Assembly: GCA_012960245.1 (NCBI GenBank)
Contig: DUBO01000051.1
Location: 60,887 to 124,886 of the forward strand
Source of the DNA: Candidatus Binatota bacterium
Lineage (GTDB): Bacteria; Desulfobacterota; Binatia; UBA1149
Reading direction: 5' to 3'
Length of the DNA stretch: 64,000 nucleotides
In this document: positions 36,854 to 46,781 of the stretch, in pieces
Layout of the letters: each line of letters starts with the position of its first letter
Position numbering within the stretch: the stretch's first letter is position 1
The notes under the pieces: model-generated
Told to the model about the DNA's origin: nothing
The model's database searches: none
Seen by the model: the letters and a program-made list of their open reading frames with translations, nothing else
Made by a program: the position numbers and the translations under genes

Positions 36854-37854
36854 ACGAGGGCGCCCCCACAGCCGGATCCAACCCCGGCGGTGCAGCCGAG
36901 GCAATGGTCTCCCGTTACCACGTTCTGGTTCGCCAGGTCATCCAGGTCCGAGATCTGCCACACGTTGGCCCCGGTTTTGTCGGCGACGTTCGGAGCGAGT
37001 TCCAGCATCTGGTTGAAGTCACAGTCGTAAAGCCCTCCGTCCCACGAAACGCTGACCATGGAACGGCACATGAGGGAGGGGGCCGTGGCCGCATTGAAAG
37101 AATCAACAAGCAGTTGCATGTAGCTCTCGTACTGGCCGCGTTTATGCAGCCACTCAGCGAACCTGAGTACCGGTAGGTTGGTCAGGGTAAGCAGGTTGTT
37201 GAATTGTACCTGGTGTCGTTCGTAGAGTTCCTCTCGGTAACGCTTTTCAAGCTCATCCTGCGGCCCGGGAAGATGCGCACCACCGGGGTTGTATACCAGG
37301 TCGATGAAGAGGTTGGAGCCAGGCATGCCGTACCCCGTTGAGTTGAACAGTTTCAAGGCTTCGATGCTTCGCCCGTAGACGCCGTTTCCACGCTGGGCAT
37401 CAACGTTCTCACTGGTATAGCAGGGCAGGCTGGCCATGACGTGGACAGCGTTTGCGGCAAGGAAGTCCGCCAGGTCATCCATGCCGGGCTCCATCAAGAC
37501 CGTCAGGTTACAACGATCGATCACGTGTTTATTGAGCGCGCGGGATTGGCGGACGAGGTGCCGAAAGCCAGCATTAAGTTCGGGTGCACCGCCGGTGATA
37601 TCCACGGTCTTCACGCTGGTGCTGTTGGCTACAAGGTCCAGGATCCTGTCGATCGTTTCTCGGCTCATGTCCTCGGTCCGGGAAGGACCGGCATCGACGT
37701 GGCAGTGGGAACAGGCCTGGTTACATACTTTTCCTACGTTTACCTGGACAGTCGTAACCGCGCCGCGGGCCAGGGGGGCGAGGCTGTGGGCGGACAAGCT
37801 CGACTGGAAAACGCCCGTGTCCGGTTCCTGGGTGTGGGCGTTTCTGACTCGCAT
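36850..37854 (-). CDS. arsS: Radical SAM protein, ArsS/DUF3641 family
   Basis: CNQACSHCHVDAGP, DITGGAPE, SLPCY, LMC, YDCDFNQML, HCLGCTAGVGSGCGGAL. Confidence 0.85.
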   Translation of the reverse strand: MRVRNAHTQEPDTGVFQSSLSAHSLAPLARGAVTTVQVNVGKVCNQACSHCHVDAGPSRTEDMSRETIDRILDLVANSTSVKTVDITGGAPELNAGFRHLVRQSRALNKHVIDRCNLTVLMEPGMDDLADFLAANAVHVMASLPCYTSENVDAQRGNGVYGRSIEALKLFNSTGYGMPGSNLFIDLVYNPGGAHLPGPQDELEKRYREELYERHQVQFNNLLTLTNLPVLRFAEWLHKRGQYESYMQLLVDSFNAATAPSLMCRSMVSVSWDGGLYDCDFNQMLELAPNVADKTGANVWQISDLDDLANQNVVTGDHCLGCTAGVGSGCGGALV

Positions 37855-37974
37855 CGGTAAAATAGTCCCCGGTATTCGCCGAAAAAGCGACAGAAATCGA
37901 TAGTTGCTTCACACAGATAGAGCGAAAGTGTTTAAGGGGCCGGTCTCTGTGGGACTGGCGGTAGGTATTTACAG

Positions 37975-38604
37975 GTGAACAGGCGGAAATTACTCTGGCT
38001 CGCATCGGCGTTACTCTACGCTGCTTTCGTTTGTTGGTATACGGATTTCGGAGGGCCTTTGCGACCGGCGGAAATCGAATATCACGTTGAACGCATGCAG
38101 GCCTGGGGGGCTCCGCCTTCCGCGGTAGGGCGCATGCGAACGTTCATGGAGAACGACAGCGGACGCCAGTTCCTCATGCTCAACGCCCTTGATATGGCCG
38201 ATAGCCCTTTGCCGGTCGAGGGCGCGGAACCGGGCGAAAGCGCCGAACAACTCATGGGCCGCTACATGGAATACATGTACCCGGAATTGTTTAAGCGTGC
38301 GTGTCACCCGGTGGTTTTTGGAGACGCGGTAAACGCGGCCATGGACGTGGTAGGATTAGAAGGAGTCGATAACTGGGACGCCGGTGCTATGCTACGCTAC
38401 CGTAGCCGACGCGACCTGGTAGAAATCGCGTCGAATCCAGAGATGGGTAAACGCCATCATTTCAAGGTCGCGGCGCTGGATAAGACCATTGCCTATCCTG
38501 TCGAAACACGGGTCTACCTGGGCGACGCCAGGGTCCTGGTCGGGCTGCTGTTGCTTTCAATTACGGCGCTGGTCGATATCGCCGTCTACGGTCGGCGCGG
38601 CTAA
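37975..38604 (+). CDS. Conserved hypothetical membrane-anchored protein (DUF1330-like core)
   Basis: N- and C-terminal hydrophobic segments; FLMLN, WD..RYRSRRD, HFKVAALDKT. Confidence 0.65.
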   Translation: MNRRKLLWLASALLYAAFVCWYTDFGGPLRPAEIEYHVERMQAWGAPPSAVGRMRTFMENDSGRQFLMLNALDMADSPLPVEGAEPGESAEQLMGRYMEYMYPELFKRACHPVVFGDAVNAAMDVVGLEGVDNWDAGAMLRYRSRRDLVEIASNPEMGKRHHFKVAALDKTIAYPVETRVYLGDARVLVGLLLLSITALVDIAVYGRRG

Positions 38605-39665
38605 CCACGGGCCAAGCCCGGCGCGGCCTTCCCGGTGGCAATCGGCAGATCGAGATAAGTCTTTACCCCGGGATCGGCCCTGCACACGGCCGGGATGGCG
38701 TTTACGTTGTGCATCGCGGTCGCCACGATTCCGCGGTTGCGGGCCAGTCCGGACTCTATGCTGTCTGGGTGAAGACCGTGAAACACGGTTTGCACGGGAG
38801 GGTCACCGTCTATGGCTATTTCGAAACGTTCACCTTCCGGACCGAAGTTCCAATCCGGATCGAGATGCTCTTCTCCCATCAGCCAGTTCACCCGCGCCGT
38901 GATTACCGGTGTGCCGTTCACGGTAGCCTGCCAGGTGAAGCGCTGGGCGGCCACTCGACCGGGCTGTATGGGGCCTATCGGTGAGTCGATGGGGTGGGTG
39001 GCAACGGCCATTTCGTGAAGGGTTCGCTTCTCGGCATCAACGGCGAAGCCCAGCGTGTCGGCTAACATGTTGACCGACTGCATGAAGCCGCCGCCGAGAA
39101 TGTCGAGCATTGGACTTTGCGCGGCTTGGTCGGGGGTGTGCCCGAACAACATGACGTCGCCTACCACGGCAGGCGCGTCGTAGGTTCTTATGTCAGAAAA
39201 TTCCTCGGCCCGTACGTGGGTGATCGAACCCGACAGCGCCGAGATCATCAGGGGGAATCGCTCGGTGATTCCTCCCGGGTGAATGCCGGTGCCGTGCAGG
39301 GTGGTACCACCGGTGCTGCAGGCAGCCTCCATTACCGCTGTGTCATCACCCGGGACCGGGTAGAACCAGCCCAGCGGCGTGACCACGTTTTTTCCGGATT
39401 CGAGCAGGGACACTACCTCGGAGGGAGTGGCCAGCAGGGGGCTGTAAAGAACACAGTCGGCCTCCGTGGCAAGTATCTCGTCGATATCATCGCTGGCGGC
39501 TACACCGATAGGCCCGATGCCCGCTATTTCACCGGCGTCTCGCCCGGCCTTGTCAGCCGAGTGAACCCAGCACCCCGCCAGTTCCAGTTCTGGATGGTTA
39601 ACGATTCCCTGTATGGCGGCGCAACCGAGTCCGCCGGTCGCCCACTGTATTACCCGGTATCCCAT
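38601..39665 (-). CDS. Dihydrodipicolinate reductase-like / NAD(P)H-dependent amine dehydrogenase family
   Basis: VIQWATG, GRDAGE, LLESGKNVVT, GTGIHPG, NAIPAVC..PG. Confidence 0.85.
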   Translation of the reverse strand: MGYRVIQWATGGLGCAAIQGIVNHPELELAGCWVHSADKAGRDAGEIAGIGPIGVAASDDIDEILATEADCVLYSPLLATPSEVVSLLESGKNVVTPLGWFYPVPGDDTAVMEAACSTGGTTLHGTGIHPGGITERFPLMISALSGSITHVRAEEFSDIRTYDAPAVVGDVMLFGHTPDQAAQSPMLDILGGGFMQSVNMLADTLGFAVDAEKRTLHEMAVATHPIDSPIGPIQPGRVAAQRFTWQATVNGTPVITARVNWLMGEEHLDPDWNFGPEGERFEIAIDGDPPVQTVFHGLHPDSIESGLARNRGIVATAMHNVNAIPAVCRADPGVKTYLDLPIATGKAAPGLARG

Positions 39666-39840
39666 GTATAGGTCACCTCCTGGTTTGTTCGCGGTCTATC
39701 CGGGCTACCGGCAGTGTTCGCAAACGTTTTTTTAGGACGGGTCTCGCCTTTAGTCTAGTGGACGCCTGGACACTTGCTTGCCAACCGCCTCCACAGGGCC
39801 AGGTCGGGGTCGTGGGAGACAAAAGCCTGGCTGGCCGTTG

Positions 39841-42800
39841 CTACGTTGAAGGCTCGCTGAACCAGCGATAAAGCGCGGGGATCACCAGCAACGTAAGTAT
39901 GGTCGATGTCAGCAGGCCACCCACGACCACGGTGGCCAGTGGGCGCTGCACTTCGCTGCCGGTTCCGGTGGAGAACAGCAGCGGAAAGAGACCGAGCGCG
40001 GTGGTCGCGGCGGTTATGAGCACCGGCCTCAGGCGTTGGGTTGCGCCGCGCACCGACGCTTCGTTCACCGCTACGCCGTCTTTCACCAGTTGGTTGAAAC
40101 AGGTGACCAGCACCATGCCGTTTTCAAGCGCGATGCCGAACAGCGCTATGAATCCTACCGAAGACGGTACCGACAGGTTCTGCCCGGTTGCCCACAGGGC
40201 CACTACGCCGCCCACCAGGGCCAGCGGTATGTTGGCAATGATAAGCAGCGAGTTGGCTATCGATCCGAAACTGAGCAGCAGGAGGAAGAACACGATGAGC
40301 AGGGTGATCGGCACCACCACGGCCAACCTCTGGTTTGCTTCCTGCTGCAGGCGAAACTGTCCGCCCCAGGTCAGCAGGTAGCCTGGAGGGAGCGTGACCG
40401 CGGAGGCCAGCTCCTCGCTGGCTTCGGCCACGAAGGAGCCGATGTCACGGCCGACGACGTTGAGCTGGATGGTGATGAAACGCTGGTTGTCCTCTCGCGT
40501 GATCTGCCTGGGCCCGACTATTTCTTCTATGTGGGCAAGTTCGGACAGGGGCACGCGCACGCCCGAGGGCCCGTCGACCAGTATGTCGCCTATGGAGTTC
40601 GCCGTGCTGCGATAAGGTGCTGCAAAACGCACGTAGATATCGAAACGGCGGATACCCTCGAAGACCTGCCCGGCCACCTGGCCGCCGACCGCGGCACGGA
40701 TGGTTTTCTGCACGTCGGCCACGTTCATTCCGTAACGTGCCACCGCCAGCCGGTCGACGGTGATCAACAGTTGCGGCGTACCGGCCACCTGGTCGACCTG
40801 TACGTCAACGGCTCCCGGCACGGTCTCGACAATACGCTTGATTTCGTTGCCCCTGGCTATGAGTTCGTCGAGTTCGTCGCCGAAGAGCTTTATAGCCAGC
40901 TCGGCCCTGACGCCCTCCAGAAGCTCGTCCACCGTCATGGCTATGGGCTGGGTAAAGTTGGTGGCTATGCCGGGAATGTCGCCGAGGTCGAGGCGAATCT
41001 GTTCTTCGAGCTCGGGTTGGGTACTCGCGTTACGCCACTCGTCGCGGGGGTGCAGGAGGATATACATCTCGGCGCTGTTGACTGGATCGGTGTGGGCGCC
41101 GATTTCACCGCGGCCGATACGCGTCACCACGCCGCTAATTTCGGGGATCTTCATGAGCCTTCGCTCGACTATCATGGTCAGTTCGGTGCTCTTGGTGAGC
41201 GATACGGAGGGCGGCATCGTCAACCGCAGTACCATGGTGCCTTCCTGCAACCTGGGTGTGAACTCCGAACCGAGGCGGGGAAACACTGCCGCCCCGACAA
41301 GGAGCAGACCGACGGCAAGCGCGATGGCGTAACCCCGTCGCTGGACGAAGAACGAGACCGCCGGCTCGTAGTACGCGGTGAGCCGACGCAACACCGCACC
41401 GCGCGCGCCGCTTGTTTTCTGTCGACGCATGAGCAGGTCGGAAAGCGTGGGCGCGAGCGCTACGGCGAAGATCAGCGAGCCGAGCATCGCCAGTGCTACC
41501 GTGTAGGCCAGCGGCCTAAACGTTTTGCCCTCCACGCCTTGCAAGGTGAAGAGCGGGAGGAAGACGATAATGATGATCGATATGGCGAAAACGATAGGCC
41601 TGGCGACCTCGAGGCAAGCGCGGCAGACCACTGCAGTCCGCGACTCGTCGGGGTCGGCTTCGGCGAGGGCCCTGTCTACGTTTTCGACGATGACGATCGT
41701 GCCGTCCACCATCATGCCTATGGCTATGGCCAGGCCACCGAGCGACATGAGGTTGGCCGATATGCCGAAGTAGCCCATGCCGAGGGTCGCAAACAGGAAT
41801 GAAAATGGAATTGCCAGCGCCACGACGAGGCTCGCGCGCAGGCCGCCCATAAAGGCCATGAGCACCAGGGCCACCAGCAGAATACCCTGCACCAGCGCGC
41901 TCGTGACGGTGGTCACGCAGGCCTCGACGAGGGTTTTCTGCTCGTAGTACGGCACCAGGCTGATGCCGTCGGGCAGGATGCCGTTGATTTCTTCCATCTT
42001 GTCTTCGACCTGGCCGATGACGGTGGAGGAGTTGCTGCCGAAGAGCTTGACGACCATGGCTGAGACGACTTCTTCAGTGCCGTTTCTCGTCTGTACGCCG
42101 CGTCGCACCGCGCCGCCGATCTCGATGTCGGCGAGGTCGCTGAGAAACACCGGAGTACCGTCCTTGGATTTGACGACGATGTTCTTGAGGTCGTCAACGC
42201 CCGAGGCCAGGCCCACCGAGCGCACGATGTATTCTTCGTCGTTTTTCTCGATGAACTGCGCGCCAACGTTGAGGTTGTTCTCGCGTATGCGCTCGATGAC
42301 GTCGGCGATGGTCACGCCGTAACCGAGCAGGTGCTCGGGGTGAACGTTGACCTGGAACTGCTTTTCGTAACCGCCGATACCCAGAATCTCGGTCACGCCG
42401 GGAACGGTCTGCAGGTGAAATTTGACCAGCCAGTCCTGGATGCCGCGAAGCTCTTCGAGCGAGTAGTCACCGGTCGCGTCTTCGAGGTAGTAAAAGAGGA
42501 CCAGTCCCATGCCCGTGGAGATGGGGCCGAGCTGCGGTTCTCCGAATCCTTCCGGGATGAGCTCGCGCGCTTCCTGCAGGCGTTCGCCGACCACCTGGCG
42601 GGCAAAGTAAATGTCTGTTCCGTCTTCGAAGTAGATGTTGACGACCGAGAGGCCGAAGTTCGATACCGATCGGAGCCTGGTGACCTTCGGCAGCCCGTTC
42701 ATGGAGGCTTCGATGGGGTGGGTGACGTATTTCTCGACGTCGCCTGGTGCGAGGCCTTCGGTCTCAGTGAACACCTGCACGAGGTTGGGCGAGACGTCGG

Positions 42801-42915
42801 GGAACGCGTCGACCGGGAGCTCGCGGTAAGCCCGGTAGCCCGCGAGCCCTACGAGCAGGCCCAGCGCGAGCACGAGCAGTCGGTTGCCGAGTCCAAAGCG
42901 TATGAGTGTATCCAT
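39841..42915 (-). CDS. czcA: CzcA/CusA heavy-metal RND permease
   Basis: LPVDAFPD, NLMSLGGLAIAIGMMVDGTIVIVEN, GVEGKTFRPLA, RLRPVL, GSEVQRPLATVVVGG. Confidence 0.9.
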   Translation of the reverse strand: MDTLIRFGLGNRLLVLALGLLVGLAGYRAYRELPVDAFPDVSPNLVQVFTETEGLAPGDVEKYVTHPIEASMNGLPKVTRLRSVSNFGLSVVNIYFEDGTDIYFARQVVGERLQEARELIPEGFGEPQLGPISTGMGLVLFYYLEDATGDYSLEELRGIQDWLVKFHLQTVPGVTEILGIGGYEKQFQVNVHPEHLLGYGVTIADVIERIRENNLNVGAQFIEKNDEEYIVRSVGLASGVDDLKNIVVKSKDGTPVFLSDLADIEIGGAVRRGVQTRNGTEEVVSAMVVKLFGSNSSTVIGQVEDKMEEINGILPDGISLVPYYEQKTLVEACVTTVTSALVQGILLVALVLMAFMGGLRASLVVALAIPFSFLFATLGMGYFGISANLMSLGGLAIAIGMMVDGTIVIVENVDRALAEADPDESRTAVVCRACLEVARPIVFAISIIIIVFLPLFTLQGVEGKTFRPLAYTVALAMLGSLIFAVALAPTLSDLLMRRQKTSGARGAVLRRLTAYYEPAVSFFVQRRGYAIALAVGLLLVGAAVFPRLGSEFTPRLQEGTMVLRLTMPPSVSLTKSTELTMIVERRLMKIPEISGVVTRIGRGEIGAHTDPVNSAEMYILLHPRDEWRNASTQPELEEQIRLDLGDIPGIATNFTQPIAMTVDELLEGVRAELAIKLFGDELDELIARGNEIKRIVETVPGAVDVQVDQVAGTPQLLITVDRLAVARYGMNVADVQKTIRAAVGGQVAGQVFEGIRRFDIYVRFAAPYRSTANSIGDILVDGPSGVRVPLSELAHIEEIVGPRQITREDNQRFITIQLNVVGRDIGSFVAEASEELASAVTLPPGYLLTWGGQFRLQQEANQRLAVVVPITLLIVFFLLLLSFGSIANSLLIIANIPLALVGGVVALWATGQNLSVPSSVGFIALFGIALENGMVLVTCFNQLVKDGVAVNEASVRGATQRLRPVLITAATTALGLFPLLFSTGTGSEVQRPLATVVVGGLLTSTILTLLVIPALYRWFSEPST

Positions 42916-42941
42916 CGTCGGTTTACCCGGCCGCCCCTTAG

Positions 42942-43943
42942 TCAGTGGCCGTGGCCCTGGTTGAGTTCTGAGCGTCCCAGCTCGGCCTTGAGAATGAACC
43001 CGCCGCTGGCCACGTAGGTTTCGCCGCTCGAGATGCCCGAAAGAACCTCGGCGTAGGTTGTGCTTCGACGCCCGAGTTCAAGTTGGCGGGGTTCAAACAC
43101 GCCGTCGCGCTGCACGAACACGACCGAGTGCTCGTCCACCGTCTGGAAAGCGGTGTTGGGCACGACCACGGCTACTTCTACCGAGGCGATGTCTACGCGC
43201 CCGGTCACGAACATACCCGGACGCCACTTGCCCGTGCTGTTGTCGAGCACGACGCGGGCCCGGGCGGTGCGGGTCTCCTCGTCGACCACCGGGCTGACGT
43301 AGGAAATGGTGCCGCGCGTGTCGGCCTGGTCGTGGCCCAGCGAGACCAGCACCGACTGGCCTACCTTGACGCTGGCAAGATCGCGTTGGTAGACGCTGAG
43401 CTCGATCCACACGTCGCCCAGGTCGGCGATGACGAAGGCCTGGGTCTGGCGGGTGACCGCTTCGCCGCGGGTGATATGCTTGTCTATTACAGTGCCGTTG
43501 GTGAGGGTCGATAAGCCGTAGGACGAGAGGCTTTCGCTGCTCTCGATTATTGCGAGCACGTCGCCGGCAGCGACCGTGTCGCCGATGCGGCTGCGAACTT
43601 CCTTGACGATACCCGCGTAGCGCGGCACCAGGTGGGCAATGCGGTCTGCATTGGGCACGACCTCACCCGGGAGTACCACCTCGGTGGCTATGCGGCCGTG
43701 CCCGGCTGTTGCTACCTTGACGCCGAACTCCAGTATGTGGTCTCTCGAGATCGTAACGGTGGTTTTGCCGGGAAGATCTTGTGCGTCTTGCGAATCATCG
43801 GCGTGTGCATCTGCTGCGTGGGCAGAGCTGCCGCGCTGGCCGTGGTGCTCGTCGTTGCCGCCGCTTGCGCCGTAGACAAGCAGTCCTGCAAAAAGCAGTA
43901 ACGCTGCCGTGTAGCTTAACTTGTTGAATCCAAGAACTTTCAT
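42942..43943 (-). CDS. czcB: CzcB-type RND membrane fusion protein
   Basis: His-rich N-terminus, IADL..VW, VDEETRT, WRPGMFV, C-terminal GHGH. Confidence 0.9.
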   Translation of the reverse strand: MKVLGFNKLSYTAALLLFAGLLVYGASGGNDEHHGQRGSSAHAADAHADDSQDAQDLPGKTTVTISRDHILEFGVKVATAGHGRIATEVVLPGEVVPNADRIAHLVPRYAGIVKEVRSRIGDTVAAGDVLAIIESSESLSSYGLSTLTNGTVIDKHITRGEAVTRQTQAFVIADLGDVWIELSVYQRDLASVKVGQSVLVSLGHDQADTRGTISYVSPVVDEETRTARARVVLDNSTGKWRPGMFVTGRVDIASVEVAVVVPNTAFQTVDEHSVVFVQRDGVFEPRQLELGRRSTTYAEVLSGISSGETYVASGGFILKAELGRSELNQGHGH

Positions 43944-43944
43944 T

Positions 43945-45258
43945 TCAGGATCTCCTGTCGTCGCTGCGTATATCTTCGAGGCTGCTACCCACCAGTAGCT
44001 CCACGTCTACGGTGGCTGCGCGGTAGGCCGCCAGTGTGTCGATGTACTGGCTGCGCAGACTGAACAGTGTTTTGCGAGCATCGACCAGTTCGAGATAGCC
44101 GTAAACGCCTCGGCGGTAAGCGGTGGTGGCGCCCTCGAAGGCGTTGTGGGCCAGTGGTAGCACTTCGTCCCGCAGGGAGATGACCGCTGCCCGCGTTGAC
44201 GCGAGCGACTCGTAGGCCGTTGCCAGGCCGGTGCGCGCGCGCAGCCTGGCAGCCCGTTGTTCCTGGACGGTCTTGGCCAGCCGGCGCTTCGCTTCGAGTG
44301 TGCCTGCGCGGTTGCGATCAAAAATCGGCAGCGGCGCACTCAGTTCAAAGACAAAGGCCCTGCTGTCGCTTTCTCTCGACCAGCGGGGTCCGCCGGTGAG
44401 GGTGAGGTCGGGTGTAGAACGGGATTCGGCCAGTGCCAGTTGGCTGCGGCGCTGGGCCAGCTCGGATTCCCAGCGAGCGAGCGCGGGGGCTTGCTCTGCC
44501 AGTTGCTGCAATCGCGCTAACGGCGGCAGGGCGGGCGGGGCCGCGCGCAGTTGCCCGTCGGCCCGCGAGAAGTTATCGCTGCCGCTGCCCCAGGTAGCAG
44601 CGAGCCGTTTTCTCGCCGAGGCGAGTTCTGCCCGGTGTCGCTGCAGTGCGATCAGCGAGGCTGCCAGGGAAACCTCGGCGCGGTATTTTTCTATGCTCGA
44701 TACAGCGCCCGCGAGCAGTTGTTTTTCGACGGTTCGCAGCACGGTTTTTCCGACGGCTGCCAATTCCTCTGCCAGGGCGAGCCTCTCCTGCGCGGCCAGT
44801 ACAGCGACGAAGGCGCCTTCGACCTCGGCCAGGGTTTCAATTCTTGCGGCGCGCCAGGCCCAGGCCGATGCGTCTCGTTGGTGGCCGGCCAGTTGCCGCC
44901 GCTTGCCGCGCTTGCCGCCCAGCTCGATGAGCTGGGAGATGCGCAGGGTCTGCTCGGAGGCTCCGAAGCCGCTTTCTTCGTTGGTGCCGGCAAAGTTTTC
45001 TATTTCGAACGAGAGTTCCGGGTTGGGTAGCAGGCCAGCCTGCGACACCCGGGCTTCGCGCGCCTTGAGCTCCCAGGAAAACGTGGCGAGGCGAGGATTG
45101 TGTTCGAGGGCAAGCTGTATTGCCTGCTGCAACGAGACCGCAGCGCTGACCTCGGCATGTACTGTTGGCGCGGCTGCGTGCAACAGCAGTGCCGCGGCGA
45201 GCGCAGCGATGGTCGGCGCCTTACTTTGCGTCGTTTGTCCTTTGTTCTTCTGGGTCAT
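43945..45258 (-). CDS. czcC: CzcC/TolC-family outer membrane channel
   Basis: ALEHNP, QAGLLPNPEL, IELGGKR, PLPIFDRN; start at ATG 45258 chosen. Confidence 0.85.
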   Translation of the reverse strand: MTQKNKGQTTQSKAPTIAALAAALLLHAAAPTVHAEVSAAVSLQQAIQLALEHNPRLATFSWELKAREARVSQAGLLPNPELSFEIENFAGTNEESGFGASEQTLRISQLIELGGKRGKRRQLAGHQRDASAWAWRAARIETLAEVEGAFVAVLAAQERLALAEELAAVGKTVLRTVEKQLLAGAVSSIEKYRAEVSLAASLIALQRHRAELASARKRLAATWGSGSDNFSRADGQLRAAPPALPPLARLQQLAEQAPALARWESELAQRRSQLALAESRSTPDLTLTGGPRWSRESDSRAFVFELSAPLPIFDRNRAGTLEAKRRLAKTVQEQRAARLRARTGLATAYESLASTRAAVISLRDEVLPLAHNAFEGATTAYRRGVYGYLELVDARKTLFSLRSQYIDTLAAYRAATVDVELLVGSSLEDIRSDDRRS

Positions 45259-45366
45259 CAAGCGGTTCTCCGGTACGAGCAGGGTCGGGCCGCGAGCTAT
45301 CGCGCGGCCTTGCAGAAAGCCCACCACCGCCCGGGGGGCAGCTGCGGGCGCCAACGGGGTTGGCTG

Positions 45367-45792
45367 CTAGACTCGGAGGACGGTGCTTTTGATGAACGCG
45401 GCGTGCTGGGAGCAGTGGCCGGCGAGGAGGCAAAGAGCGCGGGCCGGTTGTCGGCCTGCTGTCGCCGGCGCAACGATGGCCGGCAGGGCGTGGGAAAAAA
45501 GCGAAGCGTCGCCGGGCTTTTCGTACTTGCTCGACAGCTGGCCGAGCAGGGGGATGTCGGTGCAGGCGTCGGAGGCCAGGGAAACGCCGCTGCTGTTGTG
45601 GCCGGCGGTGGCGTGGTCATCGGCCGCAGAGCCGGTCGTGTCGCAGGGAGCAGTTGCATGGGCGAGTTCTATGCCGCTGTGACCGTCCGGCCCCACGCAG
45701 TAGACCAGCTGGGAGCCCAGGCCCATGGTAAGCCCCAACCAGGCCAGCAGGCCAAGCGTTGCCATCGCACGTGCTGTGTTAACTGCTTTCAT
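45367..45792 (-). CDS. Small exported His/Cys-rich protein, CzcI-like by position
   Basis: Signal-like N-terminus, LVYCVGPDGH..E, CTDIP; directly upstream of czcC. Confidence 0.55.
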   Translation of the reverse strand: MKAVNTARAMATLGLLAWLGLTMGLGSQLVYCVGPDGHSGIELAHATAPCDTTGSAADDHATAGHNSSGVSLASDACTDIPLLGQLSSKYEKPGDASLFSHALPAIVAPATAGRQPARALCLLAGHCSQHAAFIKSTVLRV

Positions 45793-45948
45793 CTCTTCGC
45801 GTCGGGGAGGGCGGTGCCCAGTGGCGTCCGTCCAGCTCCATCGACTCTACCAGCCTAACACGGGTTTTTGCCTGCAGGGGATTGTTTTTCGGGGGGTTTT
45901 TTGTCCGGGCAACTGGTTACTTCCTGCCTATCGGTGCAAGGTGCTGCG

Positions 45949-46719
45949 GTGCGCGTTGTCATTCCTCTTCCGGCCGCCGACTTTGATCCCACCGAGGTCT
46001 CGGTGCCGTGGTCTATTCTGCGTGCCGAGGGCTACGAGGTCGTTTTTGCTACGCCCCTGGGACAGCCGGCTCATGCTGATGTGCGCATGCTCGATGGCAG
46101 GGGATTGCTCTTCTGGGCTCCCGTTCTGCGGGCTCGTCGAGAGGCCCGCGAGCTTCACGACGAGATGATCCGTTCGCCGGAGTTTCTCTCTCCGCTGTCC
46201 TGGTCGCAACTCGCGCAGTTAGAAGTCGACGGGCTGATTCTGCCGGGGGGACACGCGCCGGGGATGAAACCTTATCTCGAATCGCCCGAGGTGCAGGGCC
46301 TCGCGCTGCGCTTCTTTTCCGAGCGGAGGCCGGTCGCTGCTATCTGTCACGGCGTGGTGGTGCTGGCCAGGGCCGTTGATTCTGACACCGGTCGCTCGGT
46401 CCTTTTCGGTCGCAGGAGCACTTGCTTGACCAGGCCCATGGAAATGAGCGCCTGGTCGATGACCGCCCTGTGGCTGGGGAGATACTATCGAACCTACACG
46501 CAGACGGTTGAAGAAGAAGTGTGCGCAGCCCTGGGCGAGGGTAATCCGGGAGCCCCACCGCTTTTCAGTCGGGGACCTTTCGCGTTGTTCCGCGACGGAC
46601 CCGAGGTGACCAACAGGGGCTACACCGTGAGGGATGGGCAGTACCTTTCAGCGCGATGGCCGGGGGATGCCTACGCGTTTTCGCGTGATTTCGTGGAGAT
46701 GCTTGAAGACCGTCCGTAA
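45949..46719 (+). CDS. DJ-1/PfpI (type 1 glutamine amidotransferase-like) protein
   Basis: DFDPTEV, LPGGH, AICHG, SARWPGD. Confidence 0.85.
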   Translation: MRVVIPLPAADFDPTEVSVPWSILRAEGYEVVFATPLGQPAHADVRMLDGRGLLFWAPVLRARREARELHDEMIRSPEFLSPLSWSQLAQLEVDGLILPGGHAPGMKPYLESPEVQGLALRFFSERRPVAAICHGVVVLARAVDSDTGRSVLFGRRSTCLTRPMEMSAWSMTALWLGRYYRTYTQTVEEEVCAALGEGNPGAPPLFSRGPFALFRDGPEVTNRGYTVRDGQYLSARWPGDAYAFSRDFVEMLEDRP

Positions 46720-46781
46720 CGCCCGGCCCGGCCCGACCAGTCGCGTCCTGCGGCGGTGCCGAGCACCGAGCCGCCGGCTGG

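Noticed and set aside
40036..41802. 588-aa plus-strand ORF
   Set aside because: Antisense shadow of czcA.
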